Below are positions 1-11,169 of a stretch of 64,000 bases of DNA, in pieces. Origin of the DNA: Basidiobolus meristosporus CBS 931.73. Lineage: Eukaryota; Fungi; Basidiobolomycota. Made by a program: the position numbers and the translations under genes. A model generated the notes under the pieces. It searched no databases, was not told where the DNA came from, and worked only from the letters and a program-made list of their open reading frames with translations. The stretch is from the NCBI GenBank assembly GCA_002104905.1, contig MCFE01000208.1:62001-126000 (forward strand), in the 5' to 3' direction. Position 1 is the first letter of the stretch. Every line of letters starts with the position of its first letter.

Positions 1-1105
1 AATCACCAAGAGCCTGGAATTGCAAGATAGATTCTTATTTGGAATCTTTGAGTTTCAAAAGGAGTAATGCTGACAATAGTATATACTATAAGCCAGATAG
101 AGCAAATCCAGTCTTATTAGCTCTATATGTGGATGATCTTATTATAGCTGCCAATAACCTAGAAACATTGGAAGAGACTAAATCCAGCCTATCTAAGGAG
201 TTCAAGATGTCTGATCTAGGAGAATTTAGTTACTACTTGGGGATTAAGTTCTCCATAGACAGAAGTACCCACACTATCACCCTAAGCCAATCCAAGTATA
301 TTCAAGATATACTAAAGAAGTACCAAATGGAAGACTGTAAACCAGCAGCTATCCCAATGGAGACAAACATTAACTTGGTCAAAACTCAACCAAATCAAGA
401 GAGCTTGGTGCCATCTGAAAGCCCTGACTTTCCTTGTCAATCTATGATTGGCAGTCTGATGTATATCATGCTTGAAACACGTCCAGATATCTCTTATTCA
501 GTAGGAGCTGTCAGTCAACATAATCAGAACTATGGATCTGATCATTTTGCAGCAGTTAAGTGGATTTTTAGATACCTAAAAGGAACTGCTGATATCTGCC
601 TAAGATACACTTATAAGGATTCAGAACAGGATCTTGTGGGATACTCTGATGCTGATTGGGGACCAAAATTGGAAGACAGAAGATCCACCACAGGATACGC
701 CTTTCTTTACTGTAAAGGAGCAATTTCATGGAATTCAAGAAAGCAACCAACCGTAGCACTTTCCACCACAGAGGCAGAGTATATGGCAGCCTGTGAAGCT
801 ACAAAAGAAGCAATGTGGCCAAGAACACTTTTTACAGATTTAGGCCTATGTCAAAAAATGCCTATTACTTTATTTCAAGATAATCAAGGATGTATACAAT
901 AGGTAGAAATCCAACTTTTCATGCTAGAACCAAGCACATAGATATTAGACATCATTTCATATGTGAAGCTATAGAGAATAACTTAGTAAGCTTAGTTTAC
1001 TGTCCTACAGATGAAATGATTGCAGACATATTCACCAAACCATTAGCTAGAGACAAGTTTGAATATCTTAGGTCAAAATTAGGACTAGTCAGTATGGACA
1101 TTTAG
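1..1105 (+). pseudogene. pol: Ty1/copia family A pol, 3' part (RT end + RNase H), degraded, open at window start
   Basis: ORFs 39-902 and 890-1105 carry [46 protein letters not shown] and ADIFTKPL; the frame is broken near 900. Confidence 0.93.
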
Positions 1106-1116
1106 CTGAGTGGGAG

Positions 1117-1465
1117 TGTTGTAAAAATTCATATTTCCACCTAAATATTCACCTAACTTAGTCACTTAGATCATCACCTTCAAATCCTAGAGAATACTGA
1201 CCAAATTCCTTGTTGGGATATACTTAGAGTATTTTCACCAAAATACCAGGTACCCAGAACATGAAAATTCTCAAAGTTGTCCAAACAGCCCCAAACTTTG
1301 CACACATGTTCTTGGGACCTTCCTTAACCCATTCTATGTGTTTATAATGCCAAGACCATGTAAAAGTATAAACACTACTTTTACAATCAATAAATCACTA
1401 AGTGAAAACCACATAATCTACTTGTTCTCCAAATCACTTCCAATATCTCCAAGACTCTTACAACA
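1117..1465 (+). repeat. Copia-A 3' LTR (349 bp)
   Basis: TGTTG...CAACA termini; PPT GAGTGGGAG at 1108-1116; homologous to 42189-42524, 51854-52202 and (reverse) 55705-56037. Confidence 0.9.
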
Positions 1466-2081
1466 CACACATGCCACAATTGACATACTTCTATCTCCTC
1501 AACCTTACGGCTTTTTAGTGTGATACTTACAAAGCTGCCATATACCTTGTACTGCTGGTAACATATATATCTTTAAAACAAATGCTTGGTTGCCACCACT
1601 TCAGCCATCATTACCTTTTTAATATCTGCAAAGAACTTTTCAGTATTTAGCCAATATATTCCTTTTCCCTGCAGGATTCTAGTCCCCCTTATAGGTGTGC
1701 TCTGGCTCTTGTTTGTGTGAACTCTGTATTGAATGGGGTAGAAATTTGCTTGTGACCAAGAGAAATCCAGCATACCTGGGTAGAGTTTTCCTAATGAAAA
1801 TTAGTTGCTTATTGCACCCAACCCAACTTTGCATTGTTTAATTGATTACCCACACATTGGGGTTGCTTAGCTACTTAATGCTATAGCCATACGTGTCTCC
1901 ATGTGCACATCTGTCCTAGGTATTTTCCAACTCTTCATGGCTGTCCTCCATGTGCCAACTCATTACATCCATGAGGGACTAGAAGGTAATATTCTTAATG
2001 AAATGGGGATATAGTTGTACCTGCAACTTGACTTGTCTTCCTATCTCTCCACACATCTGCTTCATAGGAAACTCCCAAAAG
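1466..2081 (-). pseudogene. Older CMC/EnSpm (Tnp2-type) transposase fragment; host of the 2082-8576 element, continues at 8577-8893
   Basis: Reverse-complement homologue of 7400-8050. ...CTCCCAAAAG | AAAGGTGAAG rejoins to match the reverse complement of ~7400-7425 once the insert and one AAAG are removed. Confidence 0.8.
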
Positions 2082-2411
2082 CCCTATGAAAAATTATTGA
2101 GATGATCCTGTCAATAGGCCATCATGAAGTTAAAGTCCTGCAACTAAGAGGAACTGATCCTGTCAGGACACTGCCCAGAGACCATTGAAAAATAATTGCA
2201 CCCCAGATTTCACAAAAAACTTAGTCAAAATTTTTCATCACAACAATGTAAAAGTGACTTTTGATTGGTTCCCTGCCAATTTGCTCACTTTCTGATCCCT
2301 AACACTCTATCACCTCCTATATTTGTGTGCATTGATTGGCAGTGGCCTCTTTTCACTCTTCTTACTTCCAGACTCAACCATTTCTCTTACTTTTCATGTG
2401 CACAAATTAAC

Positions 2412-4421
2412 TTATTTCTGTTGAAACTTCAGTTGTACCTCAGTTGCCAATTGTATTGACCTATACAAGTCCCTATACCCTACACTAACATTAAGCCCAA
2501 CCCCACACTCAACAAGTGACTCCATTAAAACCCACCACTCAATAAGTGTTTCTGCTATAACACTCTGGTTTGACAACTTTGGCAGGAACCCAAAGGTGTT
2601 ATGCCACTGTTTATTCACTGGTTCCCACATGTCCTGGTCTTCAGCCAGCACTGCAAGGTCTAGTACCTCATCTGCCAGTCTTTGCAATAAGTCCTTGCAA
2701 TATTCCAGTGCGCTTTCTTGAGCACTGCTTTCAAAGAGGAGCTGCAACCTCTTGGTGTGCCTATTGATGTTCCAAACTCCACTGAAGGCATTGTGATAGT
2801 CTTTTGAGCTCTTGATGTTGTAGCCTTGTCTATCAGTGGGATCTCCACTCTTTTAACAATGGAGGATGTGGAGGCTGCGGTTGACAGATTGCCTTTTTCT
2901 GCAAACTCATCTACCTTGATAGAGTGTAGCTCAACTGGCTGCACTTCCAACTCTTGTGAAAGCAGCTGTTTTCTTGTTGGTAATTCTTTTTGGCTATGAT
3001 GAGATTCAGTCTGCTCCTGGCTTGCGGCATTAATTGGCAAGAACTGCATTTTTTTTGCATCCCTCCCTGTTTCAGGCGTGGGTAGACACTTTTCCCTATA
3101 CCTTTTCCTTTATCACTGCCTGGTCTTTCACTGCTACTTTGTCTAAGTGCTTCTTGTAAAGAACTACATGTTCTCCTGGATAAATTCTGCTCTGACACAT
3201 TTGTTTTGGCCTGCTTGTCCCTTGCTGGCACTCTTCTGGTAACCTGACGTTTCTTTTCTGCTTGGTTTGAGCTCCCAATTGTAATTGTGACAGGCTCCTG
3301 TGAAAGTGGCTGGTTTTATCACTGCCAGGTCCTTTGCTGCTACTTTGACTGGGTGCTTCTTGAGTGGTAATACACTTTTTCCTTGATAAAAGTTGTGCTG
3401 GTGCATCTGTGTTTGCCTGCTTGTCCCTAATTGGCACTCTTCCAGCTACCAGACATCTCTTTGACACTTGTCTGGAGCTTTGGCCCTGCTTGTAACAGGC
3501 TTTTGAGGAAAGCTGCTGGTTTTTAGCCATGGCACCCTTGGCCTTCTGCCTTTGATAGTTTCTGCTATTCTTAAGATACATTCTTGGTATACCAATGCTG
3601 GCCCAAAACCCATTTGCTCATTTAAATCCAGGATAATGCTCAGAGAACAAGTCAAGTGCATTCTGCTTGGTCTTGAGTTCCTGATGGTCCCATGGTATGC
3701 CAGCCTTAAGGTGATGGTGTGCTAGACTTCTGACAGCCTCTTGTATATTAGATCACTATTCATTATTGCACTCAATGGCTTCACAGATCTTCAATGTCTT
3801 TTGACTTTTAGGCTTTGGTATAAACACCATGTTGTCTCCCTCCCACACTGTAATAGGTTTTTTGTGGGCTTTATCTTAGGGCACTGTTGTTATGCTTCAA
3901 AGACTATATAGTGTTCCTCTGCTGTTACATTGGGATATGACTCAATTCTTGGCTGTGACATTGGGCTACTTCAGTTCCTTCTTTGCAGCAAAGATACAGC
4001 TTTCTCTACCTGAGATACTGATTGCTCTGCACTTATTATCCACTCATCCTGTTTCTGGACTATTTCCTGATTTCTCTGGGCCATTGTATCTATCCTATCA
4101 GCCACTGCACCTAATTGCTTCATTAATGCTTTGGTATGAGCTGACAACATACTTGCTAATATGAGTGGTGATGATGTTATCATGGCCAATTGCTGGTCAT
4201 CAACTGAGGGTACTGCATTTGCTACATTCTCATCTGCCTGAGCTTAATGGTCAGCTTGTGGCTCCACCAAGGTTCTCAATTGCCTACTTGACTGAGAGCC
4301 TGAGGAGTCTGCATGATTACCGTCAATGGGCATACTGTCTGCAGGGCCTTTTTGTATGTAGCCCCACCTGTTGCACTGAATGTCAAAGCAAGTTGATGTC
4401 CAACTGTTCTTCTGTTGCCAT
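2412..4421 (-). pseudogene. Second (accessory) gene 'ORF Y' of the CMC element, function unknown, fragmented
   Basis: ORF pieces 3971-4189, 3096-3581, 2660-3049 and 2412-2747; candidate ATG at 4421; the block LEYCKDLLQRLADEVLDLAVL recurs at 10331-10541, ~15020-15110 and within 52346-53026. Confidence 0.6.
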
Positions 4422-4854
4422 CAGTGGTGAGGTTTGACTGAGAACCAGAAAACTTTGCTTTATTTTTTGGCCATATATATGGAAGTGGGTCAAACCAAAG
4501 GGGAAAAGTGTTACATATATGTGTGTATGTGGTGCTACAACTTTATTTATAATGCGTACTATGGCAGGTCATCATTGAATCTTATATTCATGTAGGTGCA
4601 ATATTTAAAATACAAGACTGTCTTAAATTCACATGAGTATTGACCAAGAAGTGATATAATAGTGTTACATTGTTGAAGGTCAAACTGTTTGCACCATGGA
4701 CAAGACTATTTTGACTTAATACCACAAGAGAAGAGAAAAAAGACCATGTTGCTATTGTGGCAAGCCTCTCATCCATGAAGCATGCAGACAACATAGGAAG
4801 TAATACAAGGATCATGGCCAGTGTTTTGACACCCAAGTCATATTTGACCACTCA

Positions 4855-7800
4855 TTGGTCACTACTGTACCAACATTATCTTGCTGGCTAGATTATACTT
4901 CTATATTGGCACCTGGCCATCTTTGTCACCTTGCACAAGCTAAGTCAGGTGAGTTTGTGATGCCTTTAGGCTCACCTCAGCCTTCTGAATATGGCAAACA
5001 GAGTAATAGCTCTGACAAAGAAGGTTCACTGATGGATTTTGAGCCTATCTCCCCTAACAACAGTACCACATATGAGCCTGGTCAACTCACTCTATGCAAT
5101 GAGACAACACCCGTTGAAACAAATGCCAAGGATACTTTATGGAGCCCAGTGAGCCCAGTAATCCATCTACTGGTGAATGATGTAATATTGTGGCTAGAGA
5201 AGTGGCATGTTTCTACTAATATCAGTAACGAGGCCTTGAGGATTTATTACTACTTCTTGCCAAAATCATACCTAGATGCAACTTACCATGTACATGGTAC
5301 AAGTGGACAACCATCATGTGGTTGGCAACATATGATCCAGAGACTGTCCAGATTCCAGCATGTGTTAACAGTTGCATGGCATGTACATCTGAAAATGCTA
5401 CCATTGCAATGTGTTCAAATTGTCAGGAATCCACCACCATTGAGGGAAAACATTGTTCACACTCCGGCTATATTTGGGTGTGGTGGTGTAGAGGTACTCC
5501 TGGGAGAAGCTACACAACTCAAGATGTGTGAGGTGTCTGATGGGTGCAATAACCTCAGGGTCTAAACTGATGGTATCTTTGTTAATATGTTACTAAGGTA
5601 AAAGCTCCTGCTTCTCTAGCTTCCTAGGTGCCCAAAGTGTCTCCAAAGGCCTCTGTGTGTCTTGTGCACTACCCTGAAAAGCTCTTTAATTGCAGGTCTG
5701 AGATGTAACTGTTGAAGGCAAGTGAAGTGATGAACTGCTGATCAATAAGGGAGAAGTGTTACTGATAGAAGGGATGCTTTATTGATGAGGGATTGACTTC
5801 CCTTAAATACTTGTCCTGATTGCCAAGTGATCACCAATGACATGTTTCTAGAAAATTCCAGACATCAGTGAAATTCTTGATGACATCACTATGAGCAAAA
5901 AACACTCCAAGAAGGTCCTGAAAGGTTCTAAAAGGCACAGCACATCCAGCCAATCAGTGATCAGTAGTCTGAGACCTGTGCAACATAGAGATACCATATA
6001 TGCTATTGAAATGGTAGGGATGGTAACACAGAGTTAGGTCATATGTCATGGGTACTAACATGGGTACTTGCCTAATGTTTATACTTATACTGATCATAAA
6101 GCTGAATAACATCTGGGATAACTAAAGCTAATAACTAATCATGGTAAACATCATATGGGGATAATACTAGTAATATGGGCACAATAAGAATGGGATAATA
6201 CTGATAAGATAAAATATAGATAAGTGCATCATAATAGCTATATGAATAAACTTGTCTGTGGGAGGTATGTTTACCTTACCACACCAGTCATACCCCATCT
6301 GAGGAAGCTAATGCAGTCCAACAAATATTGCAAAGCTATACAGTACCACACTTAGTATCAGCCAAGCGCAAACATTTATGATATGTTTAATGGCAAACAT
6401 TACAAACAGCTAAGCAGCAAGGGCTATATTGTAGGTATGTACAACCTTGCCTTTGCCTTAGCACTTGAGGGATTCTCATTAAACAAGTACTCTACCAGCA
6501 AATTGTGCTGGCACTGATTCTCATCAATCTGAATCTGCTGCCCATCTTATGGTATCAGAGAAATAATTGGATGGTAACGGTAAATTGCCATCATGTGAAA
6601 GTGCATATTATTATCTGCATTGGAGATACCCCAGCCATCAGCAAGATAGCAGGGTTTTCCAGGCACAATGGATGGTATTGCTATTGAACATGTAAGATCC
6701 AGAGGATTTACTCTATAACTCATGCATATTATTATTACCCAGAACCAGCACTGAGAACATCATCTTTCCATAGAGAGAATGTACAGAAGTCAGCATGCAA
6801 TTGCAGCAAAGTTGGCAAGCTATAAGCCATTGGTTGGAATATGGTATCAATTGGAAACAAGAAATACTTAACATCAAGGGTATCTGTTGGAGCAAAAGCT
6901 TTTTACTGGGAGCAATGCATTTGCTTATCAACAATATCACTATGCTGATGACCAAGTTGCACATGGGGCATTTCAATCTGAATGACCCCTTTGAGATACC
7001 AGACAACTCTCAAAGAATTGGCAAGATATTACAGAGTATCTGCTACCCAAATTACTTCTCACAGGCTCCAAATAATATTCATATGCATATGCAATAATAC
7101 ATATGCAAAGACTGGATGAGCTGGATATGTATTTATTGAGGCAGTGTTCTGAAGCCATTTCTGCCAAGAGTACATTGGAAGCATTGGGAGTCATATGTGG
7201 ACATTGTAGGAATATTTATCCAGAAGTGGATCACCAATGCCAACTTGACATATCTACAGCTGTTGCGTGAGGAGTTTGTGAAGGGATTTGAGCAGCTATA
7301 ATACAAACATGATGCTGAACATGTAGATCTCTGCTGCTACTGTATTCATTCTCTACTCCATCTTACACAGTGTGTGGAGAATATTGAGCCTTGCTTCACC
7401 TTTTGGGAGTTTCCTATAGAGCAGATGTGTGGGGAGATAGGAAGGCAAGTCAAATTGCAGGTACTACCATGTCCCAATCTCATCAAGAATGATACCTTCA
7501 GTCTATCATGGATGTAATGAGTTGGCACATGGAGGACAGCCAGAAAGAGTTGGAAAATACTGAGGACAAATGTGCACATGGTGACACCTATACATATGGC
7601 ATTAAGAAGCTAAGCAGCCCCAATGCATGGGTAATCAGTTAAGTAATGCAAAGTTGGGTTAGGTGCAACAAGTAACTAATTTTTATCAGGAAAGCTCTAC
7701 CAAGGTATGCTGGATTTCTCTTGGTCAAAGTCAACCTCTACACCATTGAATACAGAATTCACACAAACAAAAGTCAGAGCACACCTATAAGGGGGACTAG

Positions 7801-8098
7801 AATCCAGCAGGGAGAAGGAATATATTGGCTAAATACCCAGAAATTCTTTGCAGATATTCAGAAGGTATTCATGGCAGAAGTGGAAACAACTAAGCATATG
7901 TTGACAAGATGTATAGGTTACCAGCATTACAAGGTATATGGCAACTTTACAAGTATCAGACTAAAATGCCATAAAGTTGAGGTTATAGAAGTATGTCAAT
8001 TATTGCAGGTGTGCACATTTGTAGAGGTTAGTAAGCAAGAGGCCATAGTTTTTTTTGATTCAAACTATATGTGGAATACCCAAGGTAGTAGTGGGTGA
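4855..8098 (+). pseudogene. CMC/EnSpm Tnp2-family (Transposase_21-like) transposase, degraded, interrupted by the LTR at 5479-6283
   Basis: Motifs across frames: ACVNSCMA...CSNC, LILINLNLLP, ICIGDTPAISKIAGFSRHNG...C, and a FWEFPIEQMCGEI block near 7400-7440. Confidence 0.8.
5479..6283. repeat. Solo LTR (805 bp), TGTGGTGG-family variant
   Basis: TGTGGT...ACCACA termini; first ~80 bp and last ~500 bp resemble 34042-35111; host transposase is collinear across it; no clear TSD. Confidence 0.7.
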
Positions 8099-8893
8099 GC
8101 AAATAGAGAGGGGTGATTCTACAGTGGAATATATGATTTGCACAAGGGGAGGTAGAAAAAGATAATACCATTTGGTAAATTGGTGTGGTAGCATTATACT
8201 AAACCAGCCGTAGACTGTCATATCGCCAATATAATGCCATCAGAGTCTTGCAGTAAGGCCATCTACATACCGTCAAGTTTCTTGCCATATCAGGCAATTG
8301 GATGATCTGGCTGATTGGATCCACTTAAAATACTTATAGAGCACTAAAAGACCGCAACAATACCATGTAAATATTGTCACAGCACCAATAAAATATTGTC
8401 AAGATTTATCACTTTATTTGGTTGTAAGATTAGCAAAACACTGTCATGATCCCATCATAAGACTTTTAGGAGGGTCACTAATTCCAAGCTGCTGGTATTG
8501 TGATAGTCTCTAAACAGGATCCTGACGGCTGATTTGGATTGGATCCACCTGCAGGACCAAATTATATTTCATAGGGAAAGGTGAAGAAAGGTCTAGTATT
8601 CTCAACACATCAAGCAAGGTGGATTAGCAAATGGATGCAGTAGTGGCAGAAATCTACAGTTCAGCTTTTTCTTAGTAATATAGCCACTCAAATTCCATCA
8701 CCAACTCTGTGCACAAAAGCTGAGATGTGTTAAGTTGGTGTTGGTGATCCACTTCTGGATAAATATTTCAACAATGTTCACATATGACTCCCTATAAACC
8801 AATATACTCTTGGTAGAAATTGCTTCAGAAGGTCACTAGAATAAATACATATCCAGCTCATCCAGTCCTTGCACTTGCATTGTTGCATATGCC

Positions 8894-9168
8894 TGTGGTG
8901 GTGTATAAGTCCAAGGGAGAGATATGTCAAACTCTTTTCAAGTGTTTTGTGTGTGGGGTGCTCACTGGGTGCAATAACCTCTGGCAAAAGCTTGCTAGGA
9001 ATATTTGAGTTCTGTCTCTACTCTAATACAAAGGGGAATAAAGCCACAAGCTTATCAAGGAAAACTATCAAGCTACCATCCCCAACTTAGTTGGCATCTT
9101 AATAAAAGTATGTGCTGGGCTCAGTGTCCTTTGAGATGACAATTTATTGAGCTTCCAAAGTCAAAACA
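8894..9168. repeat. Partial TGTGGTGG-family LTR
   Basis: Starts TGTGGTGGTGTATAAGTCC, matches 10542+ and 34042+, truncated near 9168. Confidence 0.75.
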
Positions 9169-9399
9169 TCTTGAATTGCATTGACATGGGTGGAATCCCA
9201 TCAATTGCAGATTTCTTATTTCACTATAGACTTCTGAGCAAAGCATCAATAAAAATACTAAGTCATGGTTTGAAGATGATTTTGCAACACAATGATGGGA
9301 CACATGGCAATTTCTGGAGATTTAATCATAATGCATAGAAAACCAGAAATATAAAGCCAATTGCTTCAAATCAAATCAATTCACCTCAGTCCAATCACC

Positions 9400-9880
9400 T
9401 ACTAATTTTAATATGACTTACTCATCTGAATGGTCTCTGCTATTAAAGCAACTATTACCCCACAAGGTTTCATCCCACCATCCATGGCAGCAAAAGTCCT
9501 AGAAGCTTTCATTCCTAGCTGACAGCTATGGAGAACCACCTTGCAGAGAGTATGAATGACTTAGAGCAAGCTTGGAGTACTAGGTTCAGAAGCTCCAATA
9601 AGCTTCCATATCCCAGAGTGTTCAGCAACAGGATTCATATCAGGAGTATTTTGGATACCTTCCCAGTCAGGATTAACAGGCCTTTTAGAGGGCAGGGGCA
9701 CTTTTATTCTGGCAAGTACAAAGCACACTGTGTGAAGATTCAAGTACTGTTGGACATTGAGGGTAACATCATCTGGTTTAGTGGGCCATTTGCTGGAAGT
9801 AAGCATAACAATGCACTCTGGGTAAAGAACCATGCAGAATTCAGTAGTGGGGAGAAATGTATGGAAGACTTAGCTTATAT
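9400..9880 (+). pseudogene. PIF/Harbinger-like (DDE_Tnp_4) transposase fragment
   Basis: ORF 9528-9899: ILDTFPVRINRP, YSGKYKAHCVKIQ, WFSGPFAGSKHN, MEDLAY; cut at 9881 by a CMC left end. Confidence 0.8.
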
Positions 9881-10541
9881 CCCTATGAAAAATTATTGAG
9901 ATGATCCTATCAAAAGGTTGCCACAAAGTGAGGATCTTGTGACTAAGAGGTACTGCTCCATCAGGACATCATCCAGAGACTGTTGAACAATAATTGCACC
10001 CCAGATTTCACAAAAAACTTGGTCAAAATTTTTAATCACTACAATGTACAAGGGACTTTTGATTGGTTCCCTGTGACTCTGATCACTTTCTGATCTTGGA
10101 CACTCTATTGCCACCTATGTTTGTGTGCATTGATTGGCTATTGCCTCTTTTACACACTCCTTACTTCCCAATTCAACCATTTCTCTTACATTTCATGCAT
10201 ACAGATTAATTTATTTCTATTGAAACTTCAGTTGTGCTGCAATTGCCAATTGTATTGACCTAGACAAGTCCATATACCCTACACTAATGTTAAACCCAAC
10301 CCCATACTCAACAAGTGACTCCATTAAAATTCACCACTCAATAAGTATTTCTGCTGTAATGCTTAGGTTTGACAACTTTGGCGGTAACCCAAAGGCTTTA
10401 TGCCACTGTTCATTCACTGGTTCCCACATATCCTGGTCTTCAACCAGCACTGCAAGGTCTAGCACCTCATCTGCCAGTCTTTGCAATAAATCCTTGCAAT
10501 ATTCTAGTGCGTTTTCTTGAGCACTGCTCTTGAAGAAGCGC
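9881..10541. mobile_element. Truncated CMC element left end with the 3' part of ORF Y
   Basis: Begins CCCTATGAAAAATTATTG as at 2082 but with a different left flank; collinear with 2082-2740. Confidence 0.8.
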
Positions 10542-10925
10542 TGTGGTGGTGTATAAGTCCAAGGGAGAGATACGTCCAACACTTCTCAAGTGTTTTGTGT
10601 GTAGGGTGTTCACTGGGTGCAATAACCTCTGGCAAAAGCTTGCTAGGAATACTTGGGTTCTGTCTCTAATCTGTTGTGAAGGGGAATAAAGCCACAAGCT
10701 TGTACAGGGAAAACTATTGGGCTACAATCCCCAACTTAGTTGGCATCTTAACAAAAGTATGTGCTGGGTTCAGCGTCCTTTGCAATGACAATGTACTAAA
10801 GCTTCCAAAGTCAAAACAACTGTAAACTCCCCCAGCAGGGACTTGATAAGAATGCAGCTGTGGTCAATAGTTACAAAGACAGAAAAGTATCTTTGCCTGT
10901 ACAAGAACAAACTTGGGAAAGAAAT
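10542..10925. repeat. 5' part of a TGTGGTGG-family LTR
   Basis: Collinear with 34042-34420. Confidence 0.78.
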
Positions 10926-11169
10926 GCATATATTAGACTTGTTCCATCATACTGTGCCAGGGTGCGCAGCATAATCTGTAGTCTCTAAGAACAAATGGGC
11001 CCAATATTATAGCTACCAGCAGGCCGGATTGCTCTTGGACAATTTTGCACCATGTGGGACAATCTTGCAAACTATGGCATAATCTGACACAATGAGGTTG
11101 GCACAGATGATTGCACCAACTCATAGTGCTTACATCAAATGCACAGTCAAATACCACTATTATGGTAGG

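Larger units (their letters stand above)
2082..8576. mobile_element. Full-length degenerate CMC/EnSpm-like DNA transposon (two divergent genes; contains a solo LTR)
   Basis: 10-bp perfect TIR CCCTATGAAA (2082-2091) / TTTCATAGGG (8567-8576); AAAG duplicated at 2078-2081 and 8577-8580; Tnp2-type transposase on + and a second ORF on -; GATCC-containing subterminal repeats. Confidence 0.82.
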
